Below are positions 9,808 through 19,591 of a stretch of DNA of 64,000 nucleotides, one piece after another. Source of the stretch: an uncultured Bacillales bacterium (GTDB lineage: Bacteria; Bacillota_I; Bacilli_A; RF39; UBA660); contig CAMNEE010000001.1 in assembly GCA_946536225.1 (NCBI GenBank), positions 333,484-397,483 on the forward strand, read 5' to 3'. Under the pieces are notes generated by a model. The model was not told the origin of the DNA, ran no database searches, and worked only from the letters and a program-made list of their open reading frames with translations. The number at the start of each line of letters is the position of its first letter. The first letter of the stretch is position 1. Both the position numbers and the translations under genes were made by a program.

Positions 9808-11907
9808 ATGGAAAGTTCAATTAATAATGGTTTTTTACAAGCTAGTCTTGTTAATGATTTGAAATCTAATAATAAAAAATCTACATCAAGTGATTTATAT
9901 TTTAAAAATAAAAACCATTCTGAAGATTCGGAAATTATTTTAAATCTATCTAATTTAGATAAAGAGGTTAAAAGAATTAAAGATTTAATGGTGGAATGTG
10001 AAGATAAATATAAATACGGTAAAAGTTTGCCTTTAAAATCACAAAAAGCCTTAGACGAAATAGAAAAAAAACATAATACATCATGGGGTGTATTTATGTA
10101 TGAACATAATAAAGAATCTAATGCTATGGATAAGACTGCTATTTTATATCGTGGTCATAAGATTTCTTATGCTGAAATGTGGTCAAAAGTTTTTCAGTAT
10201 TGTAAATCATTAAAGGCTATGGGAGTAAAAAAAGGTGATCAAATACCTGTTTGTATTAACAATATTCCAGAATATGTTTATCTTTTTATTGCTAGTAGTT
10301 TAGTTGGAGCAAAACTTCATATTATTGGTGATTGGTTTGATGATGAGTTTTTACTTAAGATTATTAATGAAGCTCATTCTGATATAATGTTTATGTCTGA
10401 AGATAAATATGCTCATATTAAAGATGTTGTTGAAAAGTCAAATATTAAAAGTTGTGTTTTGGTTTCTTTAAGTGATTCATTACTAAAAGATAAAAATGGT
10501 AATTCTTATAATCCATTTTCAGAGATTGATGGATTACAACATGATTTTTCTTCTCATATTGAAGACTATAAAAAGAATTCTTCTAAGGTGTTATGTTCTC
10601 AAAAAGAATTTCTTGCACATGGTGTTTCATATGAAGGAGATGTTTTAGAAGAAGCAACACTAAATGATATTGCTACATATTCATACACAAGTGGTACAAC
10701 AGGAAAAGGACATCCAAAAGGGGTAAAACATAATAATAGAGCAATAATTACATCTTCAAGATTTAAACAAGCTGATGTTTCTAATTTCCCAGAAATGAAA
10801 GATTTAGTTGCCCAATATAATGTTCCGGTTTATTCATTTACTAACTTAAACAATGTGGCTGATACTTTATATTGTAATTGTACTTATGCATGTGAACCAT
10901 TTAATGAATTAGATTTTCATTTATATTCTTTAAAAATAAACAAAACTAATTATTTTCAAACTCCACTTGGAGCTGGTATGTATATGGCTAAAAAACTTGA
11001 TGAGCCTATGAATAAAAATGTTAAACTTAGAGATTTAATTATGTTTGATATCGTTGGTGAAGAATGTTCTATTGGTGAAGAAAAATATTTAAACAAGATT
11101 TCAAGAAAACATTCATTTGGAACAGCAAAACTTCCTTTTCCATTATCACCAGTTACTACTTCTTTTGGAGGTGGTTCTTGTGAAAGTGGAGGAATTTTTA
11201 CTACTTTATATCATTCTTTACAAGAAAAAGTTTTAGCTATATTTGGTAAAAAATATTCATTAGGTTTGATACCAATGACTATAGCAGAATATAAATTTGT
11301 AAATGAAGATGGTGAAGAATGTGGTTATAATGAGCCTGGTTTTCTAGTTACAAGATCTGCTGCTGAAATGGCTGGATATATTGAAGAGGAATTAAATGAG
11401 AACGCTTATTTTTATGATGCGGATGGAACTAGATGGATTAAAGTTGGTGCTATAGGTTACAAAGCTGATCCTATTTTCAAGAGTGTTAAATTAAAAGGAA
11501 GAGAAAAGGATTATACTTACTTAAGTAATGGTGAGTTATTTCCAACATATAAGATTGCTGAAGCTATTTCTTCTGATACTAAAAATATTATGTCTTGTAC
11601 AGTTATCAAAAATTTAGACTCTTCTTATGTATGCCATATTGAAAAGCAACCTGATTCTAAAAAAAGTATTGATTATATAATTAATTCTTGCTCAAGTAGA
11701 CTTTCTAAAAATATTCCTGAAGAAATATTGAGTAAAATATATTTTAGAATTCATTCTAATGAGGAAGGTTTCCCAATTTCACATAGTGGAAAAAGAAATA
11801 TTGCTTTATTAAAATCTGAAGATAATAAGGATATTTTAATACCTTTAATTTCAGATAAAAAGTTAGAAAAAGAGTCAGGAAAAAAACTTGTACTATTTAG
11901 AAAATAG
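9808..11907 (+). CDS. AMP-binding (adenylate-forming) enzyme, acyl-CoA synthetase-like, with ~100-aa N-terminal extension
   Basis: AMP-binding motif 'YTSGTTGKGHPKGVKH'. 699 aa. RBS GAGGGGG. Confidence 0.6.
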   Translation: MESSINNGFLQASLVNDLKSNNKKSTSSDLYFKNKNHSEDSEIILNLSNLDKEVKRIKDLMVECEDKYKYGKSLPLKSQKALDEIEKKHNTSWGVFMYEHNKESNAMDKTAILYRGHKISYAEMWSKVFQYCKSLKAMGVKKGDQIPVCINNIPEYVYLFIASSLVGAKLHIIGDWFDDEFLLKIINEAHSDIMFMSEDKYAHIKDVVEKSNIKSCVLVSLSDSLLKDKNGNSYNPFSEIDGLQHDFSSHIEDYKKNSSKVLCSQKEFLAHGVSYEGDVLEEATLNDIATYSYTSGTTGKGHPKGVKHNNRAIITSSRFKQADVSNFPEMKDLVAQYNVPVYSFTNLNNVADTLYCNCTYACEPFNELDFHLYSLKINKTNYFQTPLGAGMYMAKKLDEPMNKNVKLRDLIMFDIVGEECSIGEEKYLNKISRKHSFGTAKLPFPLSPVTTSFGGGSCESGGIFTTLYHSLQEKVLAIFGKKYSLGLIPMTIAEYKFVNEDGEECGYNEPGFLVTRSAAEMAGYIEEELNENAYFYDADGTRWIKVGAIGYKADPIFKSVKLKGREKDYTYLSNGELFPTYKIAEAISSDTKNIMSCTVIKNLDSSYVCHIEKQPDSKKSIDYIINSCSSRLSKNIPEEILSKIYFRIHSNEEGFPISHSGKRNIALLKSEDNKDILIPLISDKKLEKESGKKLVLFRK

Positions 11908-11911
11908 AAAA

Positions 11912-11942
11912 AAAGATTTATTAAATTAATAAATCTTTTTTT
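11912..11942 (+). terminator. Rho-independent terminator
   Basis: aaagatttatt-aaat-taataaatcttt followed by T-run. Confidence 0.6.
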
Positions 11943-12004
11943 ATGGATTTTGTAAAGTATCAATGCTATACTAATATATAGATATTAGAATAAAGAGTGA
12001 TGTT

Positions 12005-14464
12005 ATGAATTATATTTTTATGTTAGGTAGCTGCCTTGTTTTTTCAATTATTTTAATTATTATTTTTAGACTAAAAACTCAAAAGTATGATGGAGAAACG
12101 CTTATTTATTCGATTCTTGGATTTGCCAATTGTATTGGTATTTCTTTTGAAATGGAATCTATTTATTTAAGTATTTATGAACCTAGTTCAATATTTTGTA
12201 GAATAGTTTTAAGACTTTATTTTAGTTATATAGTAATTTTTAATACTCTGTTATTATGTTATGTTTTTGATATTTACAAAACAGAGTTTAATTCTAAAAA
12301 ATACAGTATATTAAAATATCTTGTTGTATTTTTTTCATTTGGATTTATAGTTTTTAATTGCTTTTTACCATATGAATGCTTCCCTGGTTATGCTACAGGA
12401 ACTGCAGTTAAAGCTATTTATATTTATTCAGTTTTTTGTTTTGGCGCGTTACTTGTATCTATGGTTGTTAACAGAAAAAACTTAAGAATAAAAAAGATTT
12501 TCCCAATTTTATTTATGTCTTTTATTAAAGGATTACTTAGCCTTTTACAAAGAAATTATCCAGATATGACAATTTCAACTGCTGTAGATTTCCTTGTTGT
12601 ATTCTTGATGTTTCATACAATTGAAAATCCTGATTTAAGAATTGCTGAATTAGAAAAGAAAGCTGCTAGTGCTGCGGACAAAGCAAATAGAGCTAAAAGT
12701 GAATTCTTAAGTTCTATGTCACATGAAATAAGAACACCACTTAATGCTATTATTGGTTTTAGTGAGTTTATTTTAGAAACTGATGATATTAATGAAGCTC
12801 ACAATCAAGCTAAAGATGTTATTAATGCCTCTCAAATATTACTTGAGACAGTAAATGGAATACTAGATATTAGTAAAGTAGAAGCAGGTAAATTAGAAAT
12901 AGTAGAAGATAATTATAACTTAATGGAATTACTCGATAATACTGTTAAAATGGCTAAGGCTAGACTAGGGGACAAACCTCTAGACTTCAGAGTTCATTTT
13001 GCTCCTGATTTACCAGATTCATTATATGGTGATAAAGGTAATATTCAAAAGGTTCTTATTAACTTACTTACAAATGCTATTAAATATACTAATGAAGGTT
13101 ATATTGATTATTCAGTACAATGTACTAAAACTGATAATCATTGTAGATTAATAATAACTGTTAAAGACTCTGGTATTGGTATTAAGAAAGAAAATATTGA
13201 TAAGCTATTTACTAGATTTCAAAGATTTGATGAAAAGAATAATGGTACTATAGAAGGTACAGGATTAGGACTTGCTATTACTAAGCAATTAGTTGAGATG
13301 ATGGGCGGTAATATTGTTGTATCATCTATATATGGGGAAGGTTCAAACTTTACTGTTGCTTTAGATCAAAAGTTAAGTTTAACTCATGTTGCTCCTAAGA
13401 CTACTATTACTGATAGTCCAGTTGGAATTGACTTTAGTAATAAGAAAGTATTAGTAGTTGATGATAATAATTTAAATCTAAAATTAGCAGAAAGATTATT
13501 CTTAAAATATAATTGTCATATTAAAACAGTAAAAAGTGGTTTTGAATGTTTAGATTTAATAACTGCAGGTAATAAGTTTGATCTTATCTTCTTGGATGAT
13601 GTAATGCCTAAGATGCTTGGTAGTGAAACACTTGTTAGATTAAAGAAAACAGAAGGATTTAATACTCCTGTTGTTGCCTTAACTGCTAATGCTGTATCAG
13701 GTATGAGAGAAAAATATTTATTACTTGGTTTTGATGATTATTTAGCTAAACCAATTGAAAGAAATGAACTTGATATAATTCTTAAAAAATACTTATTAGA
13801 GAATGCTAAAGCTAAAGGATTAGGTGCTGAAGCACTTACTTCTAGTAAACCAATCGCTGTTATTGATCAAGGTGTTAAAGATGCAATTCTTTCAAGTCCT
13901 TCATCAAAAGATGTTGTATTAGCTGAAAAAGAAACAGTAAAAACAGTTATTAAAGAAAAAGCAAAAGAAGATACTCCTGTTACACCAAGTGTAACATCAA
14001 CTGAGATATCTTCAGTTGCTATTGCTCCTTTAACTCCTGTTAATAATGCACAAGCAAGTGAAGGTGGAAATGAAACATTTACAGATTATTCAAATAGAAG
14101 AATACTTGTAGTTGATGATAATAAATTAAATTTAAAAGTTGCTTTAAAATTCTTAAGTAGATATAAATTCCAAACTGATGAAGCTTATTCAGGACAAGAA
14201 TGTATTGATAAAGTTAAAGCTGGAAATCACTATGACATTATATTCATGGATATAATGATGCCTAATATGAGTGGTGTTGAAACATTCCATGAATTACAAA
14301 GAATTGAGGGATTTAGTGTTCCAGTTGTAGTAGCTTTAACTGCTGATGCAGTTGATGGAGCTCAAGAAAGATATTTAGGTGAAGGTTTTGCTGAATATAT
14401 TTCTAAACCTATAGTCAGAGAAAGACTTGATAAAGTTATTCACGAAATATTAGATAAGAAATAA
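12005..14464 (+). CDS. Hybrid sensor histidine kinase: multi-TM sensor, HisKA, HATPase_c, two receiver domains
   Basis: About 8 TM helices. H-box 'SMSHEIRTPLNAI', N box 'LLTNAIKYT', 'DSGIGI' and 'GTGLGL'. Receiver 1 has 'DLIFLDDVMP', 'ALTANA' and 'YLAKP'. Receiver 2 has 'DIIFMDIMMP', 'ALTADA' and 'YISKP'. No HPt domain. Confidence 0.8.
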   Translation: MNYIFMLGSCLVFSIILIIIFRLKTQKYDGETLIYSILGFANCIGISFEMESIYLSIYEPSSIFCRIVLRLYFSYIVIFNTLLLCYVFDIYKTEFNSKKYSILKYLVVFFSFGFIVFNCFLPYECFPGYATGTAVKAIYIYSVFCFGALLVSMVVNRKNLRIKKIFPILFMSFIKGLLSLLQRNYPDMTISTAVDFLVVFLMFHTIENPDLRIAELEKKAASAADKANRAKSEFLSSMSHEIRTPLNAIIGFSEFILETDDINEAHNQAKDVINASQILLETVNGILDISKVEAGKLEIVEDNYNLMELLDNTVKMAKARLGDKPLDFRVHFAPDLPDSLYGDKGNIQKVLINLLTNAIKYTNEGYIDYSVQCTKTDNHCRLIITVKDSGIGIKKENIDKLFTRFQRFDEKNNGTIEGTGLGLAITKQLVEMMGGNIVVSSIYGEGSNFTVALDQKLSLTHVAPKTTITDSPVGIDFSNKKVLVVDDNNLNLKLAERLFLKYNCHIKTVKSGFECLDLITAGNKFDLIFLDDVMPKMLGSETLVRLKKTEGFNTPVVALTANAVSGMREKYLLLGFDDYLAKPIERNELDIILKKYLLENAKAKGLGAEALTSSKPIAVIDQGVKDAILSSPSSKDVVLAEKETVKTVIKEKAKEDTPVTPSVTSTEISSVAIAPLTPVNNAQASEGGNETFTDYSNRRILVVDDNKLNLKVALKFLSRYKFQTDEAYSGQECIDKVKAGNHYDIIFMDIMMPNMSGVETFHELQRIEGFSVPVVVALTADAVDGAQERYLGEGFAEYISKPIVRERLDKVIHEILDKK

Positions 14465-14496
14465 AATTATCTAATTGTGTAGAAAGAGATGATTAT

Positions 14497-16932
14497 ATGA
14501 TATTACCTAATATTTCTTTTCAAGTTCTTAGTTTTATATATTTAACAATGATTTCATTATTGTTTTTTACAAAGAAAAAAATTAGGAATAAAGATACAGA
14601 GATTTATACTTATTTAATTATTGTAAATCTTCTTATTTTAATAATTGATATATCATCTATATTTGCCTTAGTTTATAGTAATAATCAATTATTATTAGAT
14701 TTAACTTGTAAAGGTTATCTTGCAGGATTAATTATTTGGGTAGATATATTAACTGAATATGTTTGGTTAACAATTTGGAATAAGTCCAGAAAAAAAACTA
14801 GAGCAATATTTATAATATTATTAATGATTATTCAAAGTATTACTATATTTATGTTTCCACTTGAATATTATTGGGAAGGACCTGTTCTTTATATATCTAA
14901 AGGGGAAGCGATAATAGTTGCATATAGTATGTTTATATTATGTGCTCTTACGTGGGCAGTAAATGTAATTGTTATGCATAAGAAGGTATCAATAGAACTT
15001 ATTAAAGAAATAAATAAAAAAATCTATCCAGTGTTCTTATTTGTATTGTTTGGTATAGTAGGGGTTTTCTTACAGAAGATCTTTCCTCAATTAGTAATTA
15101 CTTCAAGTGTCTTAACACTTGTTACAATACTAATGTATCATACCATTGAAAACCCAGATGTTGATACAATCAAGATACTTGATAAAGCTAAAAAACAAGC
15201 CGAAGATAATAGTAAAGCTAAGAGTGACTTCTTAAGTAGTATGTCACATGAAATAAGAACACCTCTTAATGCTATTATTGGTTTTAGTAATTTTATAATT
15301 GACTGTGATAACTTAGAGGATGCTAAGGAAAATGCTCGCGATGTTGTTACTGCATCAACTACACTTCTTGAAACAGTAAATGGAATACTTGATATTAGTA
15401 AAGTTGAATCAGGTAAGATGGAAGTTGTTAATGATAACTATAACTTCTTTGATTTACTTGATGAAACAGTTAAACTTGCTAATGCAAGATTAGGAGACAA
15501 ACCATTAGAATTTGTTACTGATATTGATCAAAATATTCCTCATACTTTATATGGTGATAAATCAATAGTATATAAAATTATTATTAATATTCTTACTAAT
15601 GCCATTAAATATACTAATGAAGGAAGTGTTCATTATACTGTTAGTGGTATAAGTGAAGGAGATAAATGTAAAATAACAGTAAGTGTTAAAGATACTGGTA
15701 TTGGTATTAAAGAAGAAGACTTAAAAAGAATTTTTAATAAATTCCAAAGAGTTGATGAGAAAAAGACTAGTTCTATAGAAGGAACTGGTTTAGGTATGGC
15801 TATTACTAAAGAATTACTTGATTTAATAGGTGGTAGTATTGCTGTTGAATCAACATATGGTAAAGGTTCAACATTTACTGTTACTTTTGATCAAGTAATA
15901 AGTAATGTTACAATTGCTAATAAAAAGGTAGAAGTTGAAGAGGAAAGCAAATATAACTTTAGTGATAAAAATATCTTAGTTGTTGATGATAATAATTTAA
16001 ATCTAAAACTTGCAACTAAATTATTTGCTAGATATAATTGTGAGATTAAAACTGCTAAAAGTGGTTTTGAATGTTTAGATTTAATCGAAAAAGGTAATAA
16101 ATATGATATAATATTTTTGGATGATGTAATGCCTACTATGTTAGGAAGTGAAACACTAACAAGATTAAAGAGAATAGAGGGATTTAAAACTCCAGTTGTT
16201 TCTTTAACGGCAAATGCCATAGAAGGTGTTAAAGAAAAATATCTTAATTTAGGTTTTGATGATTATTTAGCAAAACCGATTGAGAAAAATAAATTAGAAG
16301 ATATTTTAGTTAAATTCTTAGTTAATAATACTGAAGCTAAGAGTATTTCTAATACAGTATTAAAATCTTCAAGTCCAGTTGAAGTAATAAACGAAACTGT
16401 TAAAGAAAGTATACTAAATAGTCCATCATCTAAGAATATAAGTATTAATGCAGGAGGTAATAAAATGGATGATAATATATTTGGTAATGCTGTTACCAAT
16501 AATGTAGGAATAGAGGTACAACCTACAAATCCAGATGAAGGAAAGGTTTTCTCGGATTATTCTGATAAACGTGTATTAGTTGTTGATGATAATAAACTAA
16601 ATTTAAAGGTCGCTATTAAATTCTTAGATAGATATCATTTCCAAACTGATGAAGCATATTCTGGTGAGGATTGTTTAAATAAAATTCAACAAGGTGAAAA
16701 ATACGATATTATATTCATGGATATAATGATGCCAACACTTAATGGTGTTGAAACATTCCATAGATTACAAGAAATAGAAGGTTTTGATGTACCTGTTGTT
16801 ATAGCTTTAACAGCTGATGCTGTTGAAGGTGCAAAAGAAAGATATTTAGCAGAAGGATTTGCTGAATATATATCAAAACCAATAGTAAGAGAACATTTAG
16901 ATCAAGTTCTTCATAAAATATTAGATAAATAG
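14497..16932 (+). CDS. Hybrid sensor histidine kinase paralog (same architecture, dual receiver)
   Basis: Paralog of the upstream kinase: 'SMSHEIRTPLNAIIGFS', 'DIIFLDDVMP' and 'DIIFMDIMMP'. 811 aa. Confidence 0.8.
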   Translation: MILPNISFQVLSFIYLTMISLLFFTKKKIRNKDTEIYTYLIIVNLLILIIDISSIFALVYSNNQLLLDLTCKGYLAGLIIWVDILTEYVWLTIWNKSRKKTRAIFIILLMIIQSITIFMFPLEYYWEGPVLYISKGEAIIVAYSMFILCALTWAVNVIVMHKKVSIELIKEINKKIYPVFLFVLFGIVGVFLQKIFPQLVITSSVLTLVTILMYHTIENPDVDTIKILDKAKKQAEDNSKAKSDFLSSMSHEIRTPLNAIIGFSNFIIDCDNLEDAKENARDVVTASTTLLETVNGILDISKVESGKMEVVNDNYNFFDLLDETVKLANARLGDKPLEFVTDIDQNIPHTLYGDKSIVYKIIINILTNAIKYTNEGSVHYTVSGISEGDKCKITVSVKDTGIGIKEEDLKRIFNKFQRVDEKKTSSIEGTGLGMAITKELLDLIGGSIAVESTYGKGSTFTVTFDQVISNVTIANKKVEVEEESKYNFSDKNILVVDDNNLNLKLATKLFARYNCEIKTAKSGFECLDLIEKGNKYDIIFLDDVMPTMLGSETLTRLKRIEGFKTPVVSLTANAIEGVKEKYLNLGFDDYLAKPIEKNKLEDILVKFLVNNTEAKSISNTVLKSSSPVEVINETVKESILNSPSSKNISINAGGNKMDDNIFGNAVTNNVGIEVQPTNPDEGKVFSDYSDKRVLVVDDNKLNLKVAIKFLDRYHFQTDEAYSGEDCLNKIQQGEKYDIIFMDIMMPTLNGVETFHRLQEIEGFDVPVVIALTADAVEGAKERYLAEGFAEYISKPIVREHLDQVLHKILDK

Positions 16933-17114
16933 TTTAAAAAGTACGTTTTTTCGTGCTTTTTTTATTGAAATAATAACCATAAATATGTTAATATACTATT
17001 GGTTTTGTATATTCAAAACTAATAGACACATTTACCCAGAAGTAATTGGCACGTGGCCATATAGGTTGCTGATACTTAGGTAAGTGGATGAATTAACAAA
17101 AGGAGAGTGAAATT

Positions 17115-18065
17115 ATGGCAGTTGTTTCTATGAGTTATTTATTAGAAGCAGGTGTTCAATTTGGACACCAAACTAAAAGATGGAACCCTAAAATGAAGGA
17201 ATACATCTTTACTACAAGAGACGATATTTATATTATCGACCTTGAAAAGACTGTTGCATGCATCGAAAATGCTTATGCAAAAGTAAAAGAAATAGCTGAA
17301 AATGGTGGAAATTTCTTATACGTTGGTACTAAGAAACAAGCTATTGAAGCAAGCGTAGAAGAAGCTCAAAGAGGAGAATCTTTCTATGTAACATCTAGAT
17401 GGTTAGGTGGAACTTTAACTAACTTCAGAACTATCAGAAGAAGAGTTAAAAGATTAGATGAAATCGAAGCTATGGAAAAAGATGGTACTTTTGAAAAATT
17501 ACCTAAAAAAGAAGTTATCGGTTTAAGAAAAGAATATGAAAAATTAAACAAAGTATTATGTGGTATCAGAGGAATGGATAAATTACCTAACGCTTTAATC
17601 ATTACTGATCCTTCTAAGGAAATTAATGCTATTAAAGAAGCTAGAATTTTAAATATTCCAGTATTTGGTATCGTTGATACTAATTGTGATCCTGATTTAG
17701 TTGATTATGTTATTCCTGGTAATGACGACGCTGTTAGATCAGTAAAAGTTATTTTAGGAGTATTAACTAACGCTATTTGTGAAGCTAAAGGTCTTCCAGT
17801 AGTTGATTATATTACTGAAGTAGAAAAACCAAAAACTCAAAAAGAATCTTTAGAAGAAGAAAAAGTTGAAAAAGTAGAAGCTAAAGAAGAAATTAAAAAA
17901 GAAGCTAAAAAAGCTACTAAGAAAGAAGAAGTAAAAGAAGAAGAAAAGTCAGAAAATGATTTATCTTCTAAGAATGTTACTGAACTTAGAACTATGGCTA
18001 AAGAAGCTGGAATTAAAGGTTATTCTACAATGAAGAAAGATGAATTAATCGCTTCATTAAACTAA
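17115..18065 (+). CDS. rpsB: 30S ribosomal protein S2 with KE-rich and Rho_N-like C-terminal extension
   Basis: '[19 protein letters not shown]' is the S2 signature. The last ~35 aa, '[30 protein letters not shown]', match the Rho termination factor N-terminal helical motif. Confidence 0.9.
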   Translation: MAVVSMSYLLEAGVQFGHQTKRWNPKMKEYIFTTRDDIYIIDLEKTVACIENAYAKVKEIAENGGNFLYVGTKKQAIEASVEEAQRGESFYVTSRWLGGTLTNFRTIRRRVKRLDEIEAMEKDGTFEKLPKKEVIGLRKEYEKLNKVLCGIRGMDKLPNALIITDPSKEINAIKEARILNIPVFGIVDTNCDPDLVDYVIPGNDDAVRSVKVILGVLTNAICEAKGLPVVDYITEVEKPKTQKESLEEEKVEKVEAKEEIKKEAKKATKKEEVKEEEKSENDLSSKNVTELRTMAKEAGIKGYSTMKKDELIASLN

Positions 18066-18097
18066 TTAAAACAAACTAAAATAAAGGAGAATATATT

Positions 18098-18973
18098 ATG
18101 ATATCTGCAAAAGATGTAAATGAATTAAGACAACAAACTGGTGCAGGAATGATGGACTGCAAAAAAGCTTTAACTGAATGCAATGGTGACATTGAAGCTG
18201 CTATTGATTGGTTAAGAGAAAAGGGTATTTCTAAAGCTGCTAAGAAAGCTGACAGAATTGCTGCTGAAGGTCTTGCAAATATTTATATAAATGGTAACAA
18301 AGCTGCTATCCTAGAAGTAAACTGTGAAACAGATTTCGTTACTAGAAATGCTGATTTCGTTAAAATGGTTGAAACTATTGGAAATACAGTTGTTAATAGT
18401 GATGCAAAAACTTTAGAAGAAGTTTTAGCATTACCAGTTGAAGGAACTGAAGGAGATGTATCTGCATTAATTGCTGCTAATACAGCTGTTATTGGAGAAA
18501 AATTATCTCTAAGAAGAATTGAAGTAGTTGATAAGAAAGATACTGACAATTTTGGTTCTTACATTCATATGGGTGGAAAGATTGCTGCTTTAATCGTAAC
18601 TGAAAATGCTAACGAAGATGTTGCTAAAGATGTTGCAATGCAAGCTGCTGCTATGAAACCTGCATATTTAAATGCTGAAGAAGTTCCTGCAGAAGTAATT
18701 GAAAAGGAAAAAGAAATTCTTAAAGAACAAGCTATTAATGAAGGAAAACCTGCTGATATAGCTGAAAAGATGGTTAATGGTAGAATTTCTAAATACTACA
18801 AGGAAAATTGCTTAGTTGATCAAGAATTCGTTAAAGATTCATCTATGGACATTAAGACTTATGTTAAAAATGCTGGTGGATCTGTAATTAAGATGATCAG
18901 ATATGAAGTTGGTGAAGGTATGGAAAAGAGAAGCGAAAACCTTGCTGACGAAGTTGCAAAACAATTAGCTTAA
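18098..18973 (+). CDS. tsf: Elongation factor Ts
   Basis: N-terminal UBA-like 'ISAKDVNELRQQTGAGMMDCKKAL'. 291 aa, immediately after rpsB. Confidence 0.9.
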   Translation: MISAKDVNELRQQTGAGMMDCKKALTECNGDIEAAIDWLREKGISKAAKKADRIAAEGLANIYINGNKAAILEVNCETDFVTRNADFVKMVETIGNTVVNSDAKTLEEVLALPVEGTEGDVSALIAANTAVIGEKLSLRRIEVVDKKDTDNFGSYIHMGGKIAALIVTENANEDVAKDVAMQAAAMKPAYLNAEEVPAEVIEKEKEILKEQAINEGKPADIAEKMVNGRISKYYKENCLVDQEFVKDSSMDIKTYVKNAGGSVIKMIRYEVGEGMEKRSENLADEVAKQLA

Positions 18974-18984
18974 TATATTAATCA

Positions 18985-19012
18985 AAAGACTTATTTTTAT
19001 AAGTCTTTTTTT
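18985..19012 (+). terminator. Rho-independent terminator after tsf
   Basis: aaagacttat-tttt-ataagtcttt followed by T-run. Confidence 0.7.
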
Positions 19013-19074
19013 GTTATTTATTGTAGTATAATTAATCTAAATATATGTGTATTATGCGCCTTAGGAGGAAGAAA

Positions 19075-19545
19075 ATGGATGTTAAATTAGAAGTGGTAAA
19101 GAATAAAGTTAAACTATCTAGATTATTACAATTATATCTACATAATATTAGTAGTGATTTTCCAATTGATATGGATTAAAGAACTGGTTTATATATTTAT
19201 GATGACCTACCTTTATACCTAACAAATTCAAAAGAACATGTTGCATATTTTATTATTGCTGATAAAAGGCTAGCAGGTTTTATATTAGCTGACTTTGGAA
19301 GTATTAATATTGTTCAAGAAATATTCGTACTAAATAATTTTAAAAGACAAGGAATAGGGGAAAAGGCTGTGAATATTTTATTTGATGAACATAAAGGTAA
19401 CTGGAAAATAAAAGCAGTACCATGTTCTAAGAGAGCAGAAGAGTTCTGGACTAATGTTGTTAATAAATATACTTCTGGTAATTTTAATAAGGAACTAGTC
19501 GGTAAGTATAATAGAGCAGTTATAACATTTAATAATTCTAAATAG
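19075..19545 (+). pseudogene. GNAT-family acetyltransferase interrupted by a single in-frame TAA (19177-19179)
   Basis: AGGAGG RBS at 19063-19068 and ATG at 19075. 34 codons are followed by TAA, then the same frame continues for 121 codons with a GNAT motif A 'QEIFVLNNFKRQGIGEKAV', ending at TAG 19543-19545. There is no in-frame ATG after the stop. Confidence 0.6.
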
Positions 19546-19591
19546 ATGAGTTTATTTTACTAGTTATGTTATAATCTAATTAGGAGGATAT

